A stretch of 30,577 bases of DNA. It comes from Candidatus Gastranaerophilaceae bacterium. Its GTDB lineage: Bacteria > Cyanobacteriota > Vampirovibrionia > Gastranaerophilales > Gastranaerophilaceae. The notes beneath the pieces were generated by a model, which was not told the DNA's origin, ran no database searches, and was given only the letters and a program-made list of their open reading frames with translations. Positions 8,169 to 18,623 of this stretch are shown one piece after another. Both the position numbers and the translations under genes were made by a program. Position 1 is the stretch's first letter. Each line of letters opens with the position of its first letter. The stretch covers positions 1 through 30,577 of the forward strand of contig JBJFBU010000004.1 in NCBI GenBank assembly GCA_051888595.1. The letters run 5' to 3'.

Positions 8169-9284
8169 TTGAGTAGAACTACTTTTAGAAAAGTAATAAC
8201 ATCCGAGGAATTAATATCACAAATTAATCCCAAAAATGTTAAATTAATGAATAGATTTTTAAAAAATTTTAATACAAAAAGGTCTGATAAATCAGTAAAA
8301 GTATATCATTCTAATTTTAATATATTCTTTTGTTGGAATGTCGAAAATAATGATAATAAATTTTTTGTAGACATTCGTAAATCTGAATTTGCTGACTTTT
8401 TTGATTATTGTGTTTTGGAATTAAAATGGTCGCCAAATAGATATGCAAATATGTGGAGTTCTTTAAATTCATTAAGCAACTTTATAGAAAATATACTTGA
8501 TGATGATTATCCTGATTTCAGGAATCAAGTAAAAAAAATAGAAAAACTTCCTAAGAATACAGTTAGAAAGAAGACTGTTTTAACTGACAAACAAGTTGAT
8601 AATTTAATGTATTATTTATCTGAAACTGAGAACAAACCTCAGGAAGCTTTATTGTTAGCCCTAGCTATTTCTTCTGGCGCAAGAATAAGTGAGCTTTTTA
8701 GGTTTACAACGGATTTAATAGATGAAGAAAATACCGCTTTTAACGGTTTGTTTTTAGAGACAAAAGATATGATAAAGACCAAAGGTTTTGGTAAACAAGG
8801 AGAACTTAAATATAAATATATTATTAAAGATATTTTCCTTCCTAAATATAAAGTATGGTTGCCTATTAGAAAAGAGATAATGAAAAAAAATAATCAAAAT
8901 CATAATTATATATTTATTAAAAAAGATGGAAGCCCTGCAACTCCTGAAACCGCAAGAGTATGGATGAAGAGATGGGAAAAATTTCTAACAGAAGATAAAG
9001 ATTCTAATCCTAATGGCGAGGTAGTAAATTTATATCCACATTGTTTCAGACACAGAATTGTAACTTATTTGAGCAAGCTTGGCTTAGAAGCAGATTTTAT
9101 AATCGAAATCATGGGATGGAAATCTAGAGATATGTACGACATTTATAATGACTTAACAGCTAAAGATAAAGAATGGAAAAATCTTGATGTTTTAAAAAAT
9201 ATATTAGAACAAAAAAACATAGAAGAAGAGAATAAAACTAATAAACAAAACAGCAAAAAAAATAATAATAAGAAAAAGAAATGA
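8169..9284 (+). CDS. Tyrosine recombinase (Xer/integrase fold, no obvious arm-binding domain)
   Basis: Complete catalytic set: SGARISE (R), KTKG (K), YPHCFRH (HxxR), IMGW (W), MYDIY (Y). TTG start after aaggtg. Confidence 0.9.
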   Translation: MSRTTFRKVITSEELISQINPKNVKLMNRFLKNFNTKRSDKSVKVYHSNFNIFFCWNVENNDNKFFVDIRKSEFADFFDYCVLELKWSPNRYANMWSSLNSLSNFIENILDDDYPDFRNQVKKIEKLPKNTVRKKTVLTDKQVDNLMYYLSETENKPQEALLLALAISSGARISELFRFTTDLIDEENTAFNGLFLETKDMIKTKGFGKQGELKYKYIIKDIFLPKYKVWLPIRKEIMKKNNQNHNYIFIKKDGSPATPETARVWMKRWEKFLTEDKDSNPNGEVVNLYPHCFRHRIVTYLSKLGLEADFIIEIMGWKSRDMYDIYNDLTAKDKEWKNLDVLKNILEQKNIEEENKTNKQNSKKNNNKKKK

Positions 9285-9297
9285 AAGGGGTAATATA

Positions 9298-9876
9298 ATG
9301 GATAATGTCTTTGATGAGTTATTAAAAAACATAGAGGAAGTAAATACTGGACACATAGACGAATCTATATTATTAAAGTGGTGTCAAGAAAATATTATCG
9401 TGAAAAAATATATACCAGTAAAGGAAAAGTATGAAATTATATCAATAATAAAAGACAGATTTGTTGAAGAATATATTAATAAGGATGAAACTTTTATAAA
9501 AATTAATTTTGATGACATTTATTTACAATATGAAATAGTTACAAGATTAAGAATATTATTTTATTATACCAATGTAACATTACCAACTACTTATATTAAT
9601 AGTACAATATATGACATGATAACAAATAGTTCTTTTTATGATTATGTTATGAAATTATGTAAAACAGATTATGAGAGATTTGTTAATAGTTGTGACAATG
9701 TTATTAATATTAATATGTTAAATATAATATATTCAATTAACTCAGTAATAGAATCTAATATTGAAGATTTTTCTAAGGCTGTAAATTCCTTAAATAATTT
9801 AGATAACGAAAAATTAATTGCTCTTGCTGACATTAATAAACTTAACAATCCTTTTATTAATGATAAAATAAAATAA
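9298..9876 (+). CDS. Hypothetical helical protein, possible tail assembly chaperone
   Basis: RBS aaagggg. Position shortly before the tape measure. Function by synteny only. Confidence 0.5.
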   Translation: MDNVFDELLKNIEEVNTGHIDESILLKWCQENIIVKKYIPVKEKYEIISIIKDRFVEEYINKDETFIKINFDDIYLQYEIVTRLRILFYYTNVTLPTTYINSTIYDMITNSSFYDYVMKLCKTDYERFVNSCDNVININMLNIIYSINSVIESNIEDFSKAVNSLNNLDNEKLIALADINKLNNPFINDKIK

Positions 9877-9897
9877 ACCTAAAAGGGTGATGTTTAT

Positions 9898-10395
9898 ATG
9901 AACAGTTTAGCCAATAATATATATAATTATTCAAAGGGCAAACTTAATAGAATGAAAAGGGGTCTTGATAGAGAAATTAAATCTAGACTTAATAAATTAG
10001 GGCAAAGAACAGTTGAACAACTTAAGTCTTTTACTAAAGTATGGTATGATACATACTCTCCAACATCATATATTAGAACCAATGAGTTCATTGATTCTAT
10101 AACATATAAAATTGAAAACAATCGTGTGTATATATATTTCGATGTTTCAAAGATTAAAAGCGTTAGTTCTGATGCTGGATGGAATACACATAGAGGATTT
10201 GATGGTGTTGATTTTAGAGAAGGTTTAATTGATTGGATTGAAAACGATAAAATAAATAGTGGAGTTCGAAGTAATCCACGAAAAACACATAATGGTGTAT
10301 ATATGATTAAAAACACACAGGAATGGTTACAAGATTATTTAGATTCTGAATCAGAAAGAATAATTGATGCTGTTGTTCAAAAATACTTAGAATAA
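9898..10395 (+). CDS. Probable HK97-gp10-like tail component
   Basis: Basic N-terminal helix, then WYDTYSPTSYIRTNEFIDSI (Y.RT..L..SI-type motif). Adjacent to the tape measure. Confidence 0.45.
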   Translation: MNSLANNIYNYSKGKLNRMKRGLDREIKSRLNKLGQRTVEQLKSFTKVWYDTYSPTSYIRTNEFIDSITYKIENNRVYIYFDVSKIKSVSSDAGWNTHRGFDGVDFREGLIDWIENDKINSGVRSNPRKTHNGVYMIKNTQEWLQDYLDSESERIIDAVVQKYLE

Positions 10396-10412
10396 GAAAG
10401 GAGGTGTTTTGA

Positions 10413-13400
10413 TTGGCGTATAGTAAGAAAAATTTTGATATTGCAATTACCTTTGCAACACAAGTAAATGATAGCAACTTATTAAATCAGCTTCAAAAAA
10501 TCGAAAAAGAAGTTAATAAAGCGCAAAAAGCAATCAAATTAGATGTTACTGATAAAAACGCAGTAGATAATTTAAATAAGTATAGCAAACAATTTGACCT
10601 CTTATTTTCTACAATATCCGAGGGTTCAAAAAAAATAGAAAACCTACAGAAAAGATTTAACGTTCTTGGGCAGTCTTTACCTAATGTTGGCAAAAATTTA
10701 AATATAGATAAATACTTAGATAAAGCCGAAAAGAAAATAGAAAAATTAGAAGCATCTATAAATGTTGTTAGAGAGAGAGCGAATGCTTTAAATATAGATT
10801 TGCCAGAAATTCAAGCTGGACAGGATATAAATCAATATATCAAAGATGCTAATAAAATGCTTAATTTGCAAGAAAAAATTAATGATGCAATAGATATATA
10901 TAGGAAAAAATATGAAGATATAGGCGAAACAATGCCGTTATATGATACATCGAAAACATTAAAAGAAAACAAAAAATTATGGGATAGTAATATTGCATCA
11001 ATTGAAAGATATATTAAGTCACAAAATCTTGTACAAACCGCAGTTGGTGATAAAGTTACAATATCAGATGCAGACAGAGGTTTAAGTATTGCGGAGAATG
11101 TAACTAAATGGACTAATGAAATTCGTTCTGCTATTGGTGGATTAGCTACGGTAAATATTAATGCTAACCAATGGAGAGTTTACGAAGTAGAAGTTACAAG
11201 AGCTTTAACTGGTTTAGGTGTCCAAATAAAAACATTTACTGACAATGGTGTTACAGAAATAAGAAAGCTTTCTGATGCTGGTAGAGATTTAGCTCAAACA
11301 TACATCAACCTTTCAAGAACAACAAGTGATGGTATAGCTTCCTTTTTTAGAGGTATTGATATACAAGACGAAGCAAGTGTCTTACAGGCATTTTCTGACG
11401 CTATAGGTTCAACACAGCTTACTGCATATACTGAGCCGCAAAATTTACTTGGTAGAGAAACTTTAAAAATGAATATATTTGATGGTGTGCGTGACCAAGT
11501 AAATGAAGCCAATGAAATAATCAAACAGTTTAACGAAGAATTAGTTCGTCAAGGTTCAACAACGATAGAAGAAGCTCAGAATATTGCAGAACAATTTGGT
11601 ATGAAGTTTAATCTTGGGCAAGTTGTTGTTGACGAACAAGGACGTATACATCAATCTTTTGAGCTTATCAAAGGCGATATAAAAGCTATGGGTAACATCT
11701 CTTCCTATATTGATGAAGAGACTGGTATTCGTGGCTTAAGTATAGGAAGTTCAACAACAATTGCAAAAGATAATTCTTTATACAGTGAATATAATAAATT
11801 AAAATCAGAAAATTTAAAATTAACACAAGAAATAGAAGCGGCTGAAAGAGCTGGGCAAACAAATAGACAATCTTATTTACAAGCTGAATTAGATGCTAAT
11901 AGACAAAAAATACAAGATATTCGTGACCAAGTTCAGGCTTATCAGGGGTTAGGAGAAGTTCAGAGCAGAGTTTCTAGAGAACTTGACAGAATAGATGCCG
12001 AAATTGCTCAGTCAGAACAAAGATATCAGTTAGACAAACAAGATATAGCAAACTCAGAAGCGATAGACAGATTACTTGTTTCTTATAATAAATTAAATCA
12101 AGCTAAATTAGAAGTGTACCGCACTACCCAGTCTTCAACAAGTACAGATGAACAAAAAGCTAGAGCGCAAGAATATTTAACAGAAGCACAACAAGAATAT
12201 TTATCTATTTTAAAACAAACAAATCCTGAACTATTAAATAACAAAAAATATGTTGATGGTGTTGCTAGTTCAGACGAAAAACTTCAAGAAGAACAAAATA
12301 AAGTAAATAAGTCAATTAGAGAAGCACAAAGCAATTTTAAGACATTAGGTCAAAGAATTTTAGATACCGCTAAAAATGTTTTGACTTACAGAATAGCATG
12401 GCAAGCATTACAAAAAATTGGTCAGGGAATTACTGAATCTGTTGAATTGGTTCATGAACTTGACACAGCGATGACCAATATGAGAATGGTTACTGGTCAA
12501 ACAAAAGACGAAGCAATAGATACAATAGATACATATTCTAAACTTGCTAAAACTTTAGGCGTTACTACAAGAAGTGTAGCAGAAGGAAGCTTAGAGTGGC
12601 TTAGACAAGGTAATAGCATTGAAGAAACTGCTAAATTACTAGAATCTTCAACTAAATTATCAACATTAGGTATGTTAGATTCTACCGAAGCAACAGAGTT
12701 AATGACTGCTACTTTGAATGGTTTTAATATGACAGCAGACCAATCAGAAGATATAGTAGACAAACTTGTTAAGGTAGATATGGACTACGCTACAAGTGCT
12801 GGTGAAATTGCAACTGCTTTACAATATACAGCAGCTTCTGCTGGATTAGCAAATGTTAGTCTTGATGAAATGATTGGTATGGTAACAGTAGTTTCGTCAA
12901 CAACAAGACGTTCTGCTGAATCAATAGGTCAGTCGTTTAAAACAATATTCTCACGTTTACAAAATGTTGCCGCTGGTAAAGAGCTTGATGAAGAAGGCGA
13001 AGCACTTAACGATGTAGAAAAAGCTTTAAACAGAGTAGGTATTGCCACAAGAGATAGCATTGATAAATGGAGAGATGCTTCTGATATTTTTGATGAAGTT
13101 GGCTCAAAATGGAAAACAATGTCTGATACAGCAAGGTCACAAGTAGCAACAGCTCTTGGTGGCACAAGACAAAGAGAAAACCTTATTGTTTTATTTGAAA
13201 ATTGGGACAAAGTTAGACAGGCTACAGAAGAATCAACAAATGCGGCTGGTACTGCTGAAAAGAAATATTCAATATATCTTGAAAGTATTGATGCAAAAAT
13301 TAATCAATTTACAGCAACATGGGAACAATTGGTTAATAATCTAAATCAAAGTGGTACATTTGCTGGAATAGTAGAACTAGGAACGCACATATTATCATTA

Positions 13401-16400
13401 GTAGATAAATTACATTTAGTAGAAATTGCTGTTGGTGGAGCAGTAGCAGGATTTGCGTTGTTTGGTGGTGCTAAAGTCCTTGGTAATATAGACAAAGTAA
13501 CGCAATCAGTAAATAATTTATATACCACAATCAAAACAATTCCTGCAAATATAGGTAAAGCTTTTTATAATATAGAACAACTTCAAACCACTGTCAAAGG
13601 CATTTTTACCAACATAGGTACTGGAAGTTTTAAAGGAATACAAAGTTTAATCTCTACACTTAAAGGTAAGAATTTAAGTGGTGTTGGTTCTGTTTTTACA
13701 AAAGGTATTAGTGAATCTAATATACAAGGTTTAGAAACTTTAAAGAAATATACTGATGATTATGTAAAAGAAACAGCAGAAAATCTTAAAAATGCTAAAG
13801 ATAATTGGCAAGAAATGTTTGATGCTGTAAGTAAAGGTGCTACCGTTACTAAATCTGGATTAGTAGCATCTGATACTGCGTTAAAAGTTGCAGAGGATGC
13901 CGTAACTCAGGCGCAGTTAGCAAATACAATAGCTACAGAAGCTCAAACCATAGCAACCAATCAGTTATATTTAGCAAAGTTTAAGTTATATGCTGGTGAA
14001 ATATTATTAGCTACAGGAATCATACTTGCCACAAAAGCACTTTATGACTTTTTCGAAGTAACAGAAAAAGAACATTGGGATGCTTTTTCAGATGCAAAAG
14101 ATTCAGCTAACGAAACAGAACAATCAATAAGTTCTCTTAATGATGAGTTAGAGACAACAGCAAGTAGAATAAAAGAGCTTGAAGAGAAAAAGGATTTATC
14201 TTTAACAGAAGTCAATGAGTTAGCGGATTTAAAACAAAAAAATAAATTATTAGAACAACAAATAGATTTAGCAGAAAGACTTTTAAAAACACAACAAGAA
14301 ACGGCAGCAAAAGAAGCTATGGATGCTCTTACTGATATGAACGACTATGAGAGCGTAAATAAAGAAATTGGCGAAGATGCAAAAGTAAACCTCACTGGAA
14401 GTATAAAAGAACATATTGATTTGTTAAATCAGTATAAAGAGCAAATTACAGAAATAGAAAATCAGATGGCAAATCCTGATATTTCTATCGCTGAATATAA
14501 TAAATTAAAGAAATCACATGAAGAACTTACAAATACCTTAAACGAAGAAAGCACTTCTACAAACGACTTAATTTCAAAAGCTCTTGAATATAAAAGTGCG
14601 TTATCAGAAAATATTCCAGAGCAAAAACAACAAATTGACATTATTGACAATTTGGTTGATTCATATCTATTAGCAACTGATGCTGTTGGTTATTTTAATA
14701 ATAAAATTGAAGATATTGGTTCTTTAGATATTGATACTACAGAGTATATAAATGCTGTAAATGATTTGATAAATGACTTAATTAGCACTTCACAAGGTCA
14801 CGACATTTTAAAAGAAATGGGATTTAATGAAGATGCTATTAAGGATATGCAAGATAATTTTGAAGGATTTCTTGCAGGGACTTTAGATGATGAAGAAGTA
14901 GAACAATTTTTTGAAAAACTAAAAGAGTTAATAAAAGATAAAGTCGTAGGTGTTAAGGTTAATCTCGAACCAGAACAAACAAGTGTAGATACGGCGTTAA
15001 CATCTATAGAGGGTACAGAAAAAAAAGTTAAATCACTTAAAGGCGCTTTTGATGATTTAAGTGATAGTGGTGCGATTAGCGCCGCAACCATAAAAGATAT
15101 TCGTAGCGAATTTGGTAATCTTTCTAATATCGAAGAATATACTGATAAATTAATGGATGCTAATCTGTCAACAAGCAAACTTAAACAAATCACCGTTGAT
15201 ATGATGAATGATTATATTGACGAAGAAAAGATTTTAGATGGATTAACAGGCAAACAGCAGGAATATATGCTTTCTGTTTTAAAATCTGCTGGTTATACTA
15301 TATCAAATTCAGCTAACTTACAAGCAAACACTAAAGCGAAAGTAGACAACTGGGTTGCTACAAAAGATTTATCAAAGGTATCTGGCGATGATTTAGTTAA
15401 GGCTCTTAATTTATCAGGGCAAGAAGCTATTTATGCTAAACTTGAATTTTTCAAACTACAATCACAAATGATTGCTACAAGCAATCAAAAAATGAATTTT
15501 TCACAACAGATGTCTGCTCTTAAAGATTTAGCAACACAAGCTGGACTTACATCTGCACAAATTAGTGGAATTTTTAATGGGACTTTTGCAGTAGACCAAA
15601 CTTCTATCAGGCAAGAAATGCAAGCGACTGGTAAGAGTTATGAAGAAGTTGTAAATATTTTATATGGAAATAGATTAAAAGCTATACAAAATACAGTAAC
15701 TAATAATACTCCTACAGTAACTGGATATACACCACCATCTAGTAGTAGCGGTTCGTCTAAAAGTTCTGATGATGCTGTTAAAAAAGCATTTGAAGCAGAA
15801 TTAAAAGCATTAGACCACGACTATGAAATGGGATATATCTCTAGAAGAGAATATTATGATAAGTTAAAAGCATTAGATGCTAAATATTATAAAGGTAATG
15901 CTAAATATTTAGAAGAACACAATTCTAATCTGGAAAAAATGCGTGACCTTCAAGAACAAATTTATAATGATAATCAAGATGCTCTTGATGTACAAATAGA
16001 AATTCTTGAAGCACAAGGTAATAAAGAAGAAGAAATAATAGCATTATTACAACAAAAGAAAGAAAATGCTCATGGATGGGCAGAAGCATTAAGAGCCGCT
16101 GGTGTAACCGAAGATTCAGAAATGATTAAAAACGCACAAGCGGATTACAGAGATATTAGTGAAGAAATAAAACAATATCAAAAAGATATAGTTGATAACG
16201 CTATCGAACAAAAAGAAAAAGAATCAGACTATCTTGAAGCTGTAGGTAAATTAGAATTACAGACTGAATTAGAAATAAATAAAGAAAAACTAGACATAAT
16301 AAACGAATATGCGAAAAAAGGTTATTTGACAGAAGAAGAATACATGGAACAATGGATAGACTTAGTTAATGAACGTAAAGAAGTTTTACAATCCATGTAT

Positions 16401-18101
16401 GAAACAGCTAAAAATTACAATGTTAAAATTATAGAAGAGCAGATTGATGCTTTAGAAAAACAAAAAGAAGAAGAATCTAAACAATACGAAGAAAGAATTA
16501 AACAAATACAAGAACAATTAAATTTATTAGACGAAGAAGAAACAAAACGTGATAAAATTCTTGATTTAGAAGAAAAGCAACTTGCTCTAGCCAAAGCAAG
16601 TTCTCAAAAAACAGTCCAAATTTATAGAGAGGGCATTGGCTTTGTGTGGGAATCTGACCCTGACGAATTAAGAAATGCTCAAAAAGATTATAACGACACA
16701 AAACGAGATTATGAGAAATGGAAACTTGAACAACAATTAAATGACGAAATTGATGCCTTACAAAATGCCAAAGAAGCCGTTGAAGATAGTTTTGATGCCC
16801 AAATAGATAAATTAAATGAGTTAAAAGATAAATGGGAAGATGTATTAGATATATCAGACGAGGTTGATGGATTAACAAAAGAGCTTAAAAGAATGTTATT
16901 AAATGGCGAAATGTCTTTTGATGACATGAGCGATATTCTTGATGAGTTTACACAATCTTATTTAGATGACCTTGATGAAATAGAAAATAGGACAGAAAAC
17001 GTATTTAAAAAATCCCCCATAGAGCAAGAAAATATCTCTAATACAGGAAAAACTTGGTATGTAAACAAAAATGGTCAAGCACCTTCACAAGCTGATATTG
17101 GTGACAAAATAATAACAACCAATGGTATATATCAAATAGTTGCACCAAATACACAAGGAGCAAGTTATAATCCAGAAACAAAAAGATGGAGTAAACAATT
17201 AACCGATGTTAAACAAGTTATTTCTGATAGTCAATGGGGAACAGAAGTTCTTACAAAGAACGTAAAAATAAATTCTGATTATTTAGATGCAAATACTGAT
17301 TCTAATATAGATTTAGATAAAAGTGTGTCTAAAAACTCTAATACTGTTGGTAATAATACATATTCTAACAATAGATTGAAATCAAGCATAGACGACCTAA
17401 ATGATACGATACAAAACACAGACTTTGTTATTGGTTCTGGTGATAGTAGTTCTAGCGGTAGTGGTAGTTCTAGCGGTAGTGGTAGTTCTAGTAGTGGTTC
17501 TAGTGGTAGTTCTAGTAGTGGTTCTAGTAGTACTTCGTCTGTTCAAAAATATATTGATAGACTTCCAGAAGATGCTCCTTATAGAGAAGACCCTAATAAT
17601 TTATTACCCTCAACACAAGATGTGGCAATATATGAAATAACAAAATATCTTTCAAAAATATATGCTGAACAAGGTGAAGCTGAATACGAAAATATAAGAA
17701 CAACGTATAATAAAATATGGGCTGGAATAAATACATTTGCAACTGGTACATATAGTTCGCCAAAAGGATTAGCACTAATAGACGAAGAGGGTGCAGAGCT
17801 GACAGTCAGACCTAATTCACAAGGACGTTTAGATTATTTAGGATTAGGCACTGGTATTGTTCCTGCTGATTTAACAAAAAAAATAATAGATATAGCAACT
17901 AATCCATATCAGTTCTTTGAGGATGAGTTCGGAAAAATAACTCAAAGATATGGTACTTACAATATGGTAAACACACAACAGCCTGTACAAATTAATATAG
18001 GTGATATTCAATTGTATGGAGTGCAAGACACTGATAGACTTTCGAAGGCTATCATTAGTAATCTTCCCAATAAAATAATTAAAGATTTATATCGAAGATA
18101 A
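10413..18101 (+). CDS. Tail tape measure protein (TP901-type core), 2562 aa
   Basis: RBS aaggaggtg with TTG start. Core LDTAMTNMRMVTG..AKTLGVTTRSVAEGSLEWLRQG..TELMTATLNGFNM..IVDKLVKVDMDYATSAGEIATAL. Long coiled coils. C-terminal FATGT..GLALIDEEGAEL motif. Confidence 0.95.
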   Translation: MAYSKKNFDIAITFATQVNDSNLLNQLQKIEKEVNKAQKAIKLDVTDKNAVDNLNKYSKQFDLLFSTISEGSKKIENLQKRFNVLGQSLPNVGKNLNIDKYLDKAEKKIEKLEASINVVRERANALNIDLPEIQAGQDINQYIKDANKMLNLQEKINDAIDIYRKKYEDIGETMPLYDTSKTLKENKKLWDSNIASIERYIKSQNLVQTAVGDKVTISDADRGLSIAENVTKWTNEIRSAIGGLATVNINANQWRVYEVEVTRALTGLGVQIKTFTDNGVTEIRKLSDAGRDLAQTYINLSRTTSDGIASFFRGIDIQDEASVLQAFSDAIGSTQLTAYTEPQNLLGRETLKMNIFDGVRDQVNEANEIIKQFNEELVRQGSTTIEEAQNIAEQFGMKFNLGQVVVDEQGRIHQSFELIKGDIKAMGNISSYIDEETGIRGLSIGSSTTIAKDNSLYSEYNKLKSENLKLTQEIEAAERAGQTNRQSYLQAELDANRQKIQDIRDQVQAYQGLGEVQSRVSRELDRIDAEIAQSEQRYQLDKQDIANSEAIDRLLVSYNKLNQAKLEVYRTTQSSTSTDEQKARAQEYLTEAQQEYLSILKQTNPELLNNKKYVDGVASSDEKLQEEQNKVNKSIREAQSNFKTLGQRILDTAKNVLTYRIAWQALQKIGQGITESVELVHELDTAMTNMRMVTGQTKDEAIDTIDTYSKLAKTLGVTTRSVAEGSLEWLRQGNSIEETAKLLESSTKLSTLGMLDSTEATELMTATLNGFNMTADQSEDIVDKLVKVDMDYATSAGEIATALQYTAASAGLANVSLDEMIGMVTVVSSTTRRSAESIGQSFKTIFSRLQNVAAGKELDEEGEALNDVEKALNRVGIATRDSIDKWRDASDIFDEVGSKWKTMSDTARSQVATALGGTRQRENLIVLFENWDKVRQATEESTNAAGTAEKKYSIYLESIDAKINQFTATWEQLVNNLNQSGTFAGIVELGTHILSLVDKLHLVEIAVGGAVAGFALFGGAKVLGNIDKVTQSVNNLYTTIKTIPANIGKAFYNIEQLQTTVKGIFTNIGTGSFKGIQSLISTLKGKNLSGVGSVFTKGISESNIQGLETLKKYTDDYVKETAENLKNAKDNWQEMFDAVSKGATVTKSGLVASDTALKVAEDAVTQAQLANTIATEAQTIATNQLYLAKFKLYAGEILLATGIILATKALYDFFEVTEKEHWDAFSDAKDSANETEQSISSLNDELETTASRIKELEEKKDLSLTEVNELADLKQKNKLLEQQIDLAERLLKTQQETAAKEAMDALTDMNDYESVNKEIGEDAKVNLTGSIKEHIDLLNQYKEQITEIENQMANPDISIAEYNKLKKSHEELTNTLNEESTSTNDLISKALEYKSALSENIPEQKQQIDIIDNLVDSYLLATDAVGYFNNKIEDIGSLDIDTTEYINAVNDLINDLISTSQGHDILKEMGFNEDAIKDMQDNFEGFLAGTLDDEEVEQFFEKLKELIKDKVVGVKVNLEPEQTSVDTALTSIEGTEKKVKSLKGAFDDLSDSGAISAATIKDIRSEFGNLSNIEEYTDKLMDANLSTSKLKQITVDMMNDYIDEEKILDGLTGKQQEYMLSVLKSAGYTISNSANLQANTKAKVDNWVATKDLSKVSGDDLVKALNLSGQEAIYAKLEFFKLQSQMIATSNQKMNFSQQMSALKDLATQAGLTSAQISGIFNGTFAVDQTSIRQEMQATGKSYEEVVNILYGNRLKAIQNTVTNNTPTVTGYTPPSSSSGSSKSSDDAVKKAFEAELKALDHDYEMGYISRREYYDKLKALDAKYYKGNAKYLEEHNSNLEKMRDLQEQIYNDNQDALDVQIEILEAQGNKEEEIIALLQQKKENAHGWAEALRAAGVTEDSEMIKNAQADYRDISEEIKQYQKDIVDNAIEQKEKESDYLEAVGKLELQTELEINKEKLDIINEYAKKGYLTEEEYMEQWIDLVNERKEVLQSMYETAKNYNVKIIEEQIDALEKQKEEESKQYEERIKQIQEQLNLLDEEETKRDKILDLEEKQLALAKASSQKTVQIYREGIGFVWESDPDELRNAQKDYNDTKRDYEKWKLEQQLNDEIDALQNAKEAVEDSFDAQIDKLNELKDKWEDVLDISDEVDGLTKELKRMLLNGEMSFDDMSDILDEFTQSYLDDLDEIENRTENVFKKSPIEQENISNTGKTWYVNKNGQAPSQADIGDKIITTNGIYQIVAPNTQGASYNPETKRWSKQLTDVKQVISDSQWGTEVLTKNVKINSDYLDANTDSNIDLDKSVSKNSNTVGNNTYSNNRLKSSIDDLNDTIQNTDFVIGSGDSSSSGSGSSSGSGSSSSGSSGSSSSGSSSTSSVQKYIDRLPEDAPYREDPNNLLPSTQDVAIYEITKYLSKIYAEQGEAEYENIRTTYNKIWAGINTFATGTYSSPKGLALIDEEGAELTVRPNSQGRLDYLGLGTGIVPADLTKKIIDIATNPYQFFEDEFGKITQRYGTYNMVNTQQPVQINIGDIQLYGVQDTDRLSKAIISNLPNKIIKDLYRR
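17433..17540 (+). repeat. Ser/Gly low-complexity tandem repeat within the tape measure
   Basis: agttctagcggtagtggt twice plus degenerate agttctagtagtggt units, encoding GSGDSSSSGSGSSSGSGSSSSGSSGSSSSGSSSTSS. Confidence 0.95.
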
Positions 18102-18116
18102 GAGGTGAGCATAGTA

Positions 18117-18611
18117 TTGAAAACACAAGATAGAGCTATTCAAATTATGTCCTCAAAAATAAATGATGCTATTGAGAAATCAATAGCATCATCTTCTTTT
18201 GATAGAAGTGTACAAGGTATAGTTAAAACAAATCTTGGTGGGGGCTGCTTTGAAATTGATGTAAAAAATAAAACGTATAGAATAAAAACAGATTTTGGAT
18301 TATTGATTAATCAAGTTGTTACAATTATAATTCCTCAAAATAACCCATCAAATATGTATGTTTTACCGCCTAATCCAGTCAATAAGATTGTATTAACAAA
18401 TCCTGAACTAATTCCAACAGATAATAAATGCGTTTGGGAGTGTGTTCATAACAAAAACACAACAGACATACTTAGTTTATTAATTAATACTATAACAGGA
18501 GAATATGTCGTAGACCCTGACATAGTTATTGCAAATACAAATTCTGTTTATGTGAGACTTAACAGCGCAGATAATATACCAGCAGGAAAATATAAGATAA
18601 TAATCATTTAA
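18117..18611 (+). CDS. Probable tail tip/baseplate-associated protein (start likely TTG 18117; the track's GTG 18105 sits inside the RBS)
   Basis: aagaggtg 9 nt upstream of an in-frame TTG. First gene after the tape measure. Confidence 0.55.
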   Translation: MKTQDRAIQIMSSKINDAIEKSIASSSFDRSVQGIVKTNLGGGCFEIDVKNKTYRIKTDFGLLINQVVTIIIPQNNPSNMYVLPPNPVNKIVLTNPELIPTDNKCVWECVHNKNTTDILSLLINTITGEYVVDPDIVIANTNSVYVRLNSADNIPAGKYKIIII

Positions 18612-18623
18612 GGAGGTGTAATA

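Noticed and set aside
9298-10395. Programmed -1 frameshift joining the two genes before the tape measure (lambda G/GT type)
   Set aside because: The second gene has its own RBS and ATG, and I could not identify a convincing slippery site linking the frames.
17433-17540. Tandem repeats as a CRISPR array or a DGR variable/template repeat
   Set aside because: No unique spacers, in-frame coding, no cas or reverse transcriptase gene, and no adenine-specific mismatched repeat pair seen.
17401-17640. Val/Leu-rich 79-aa + strand ORF resembling a membrane peptide
   Set aside because: Frame-shifted reading of the Ser/Gly repeat inside the tape measure; no RBS.
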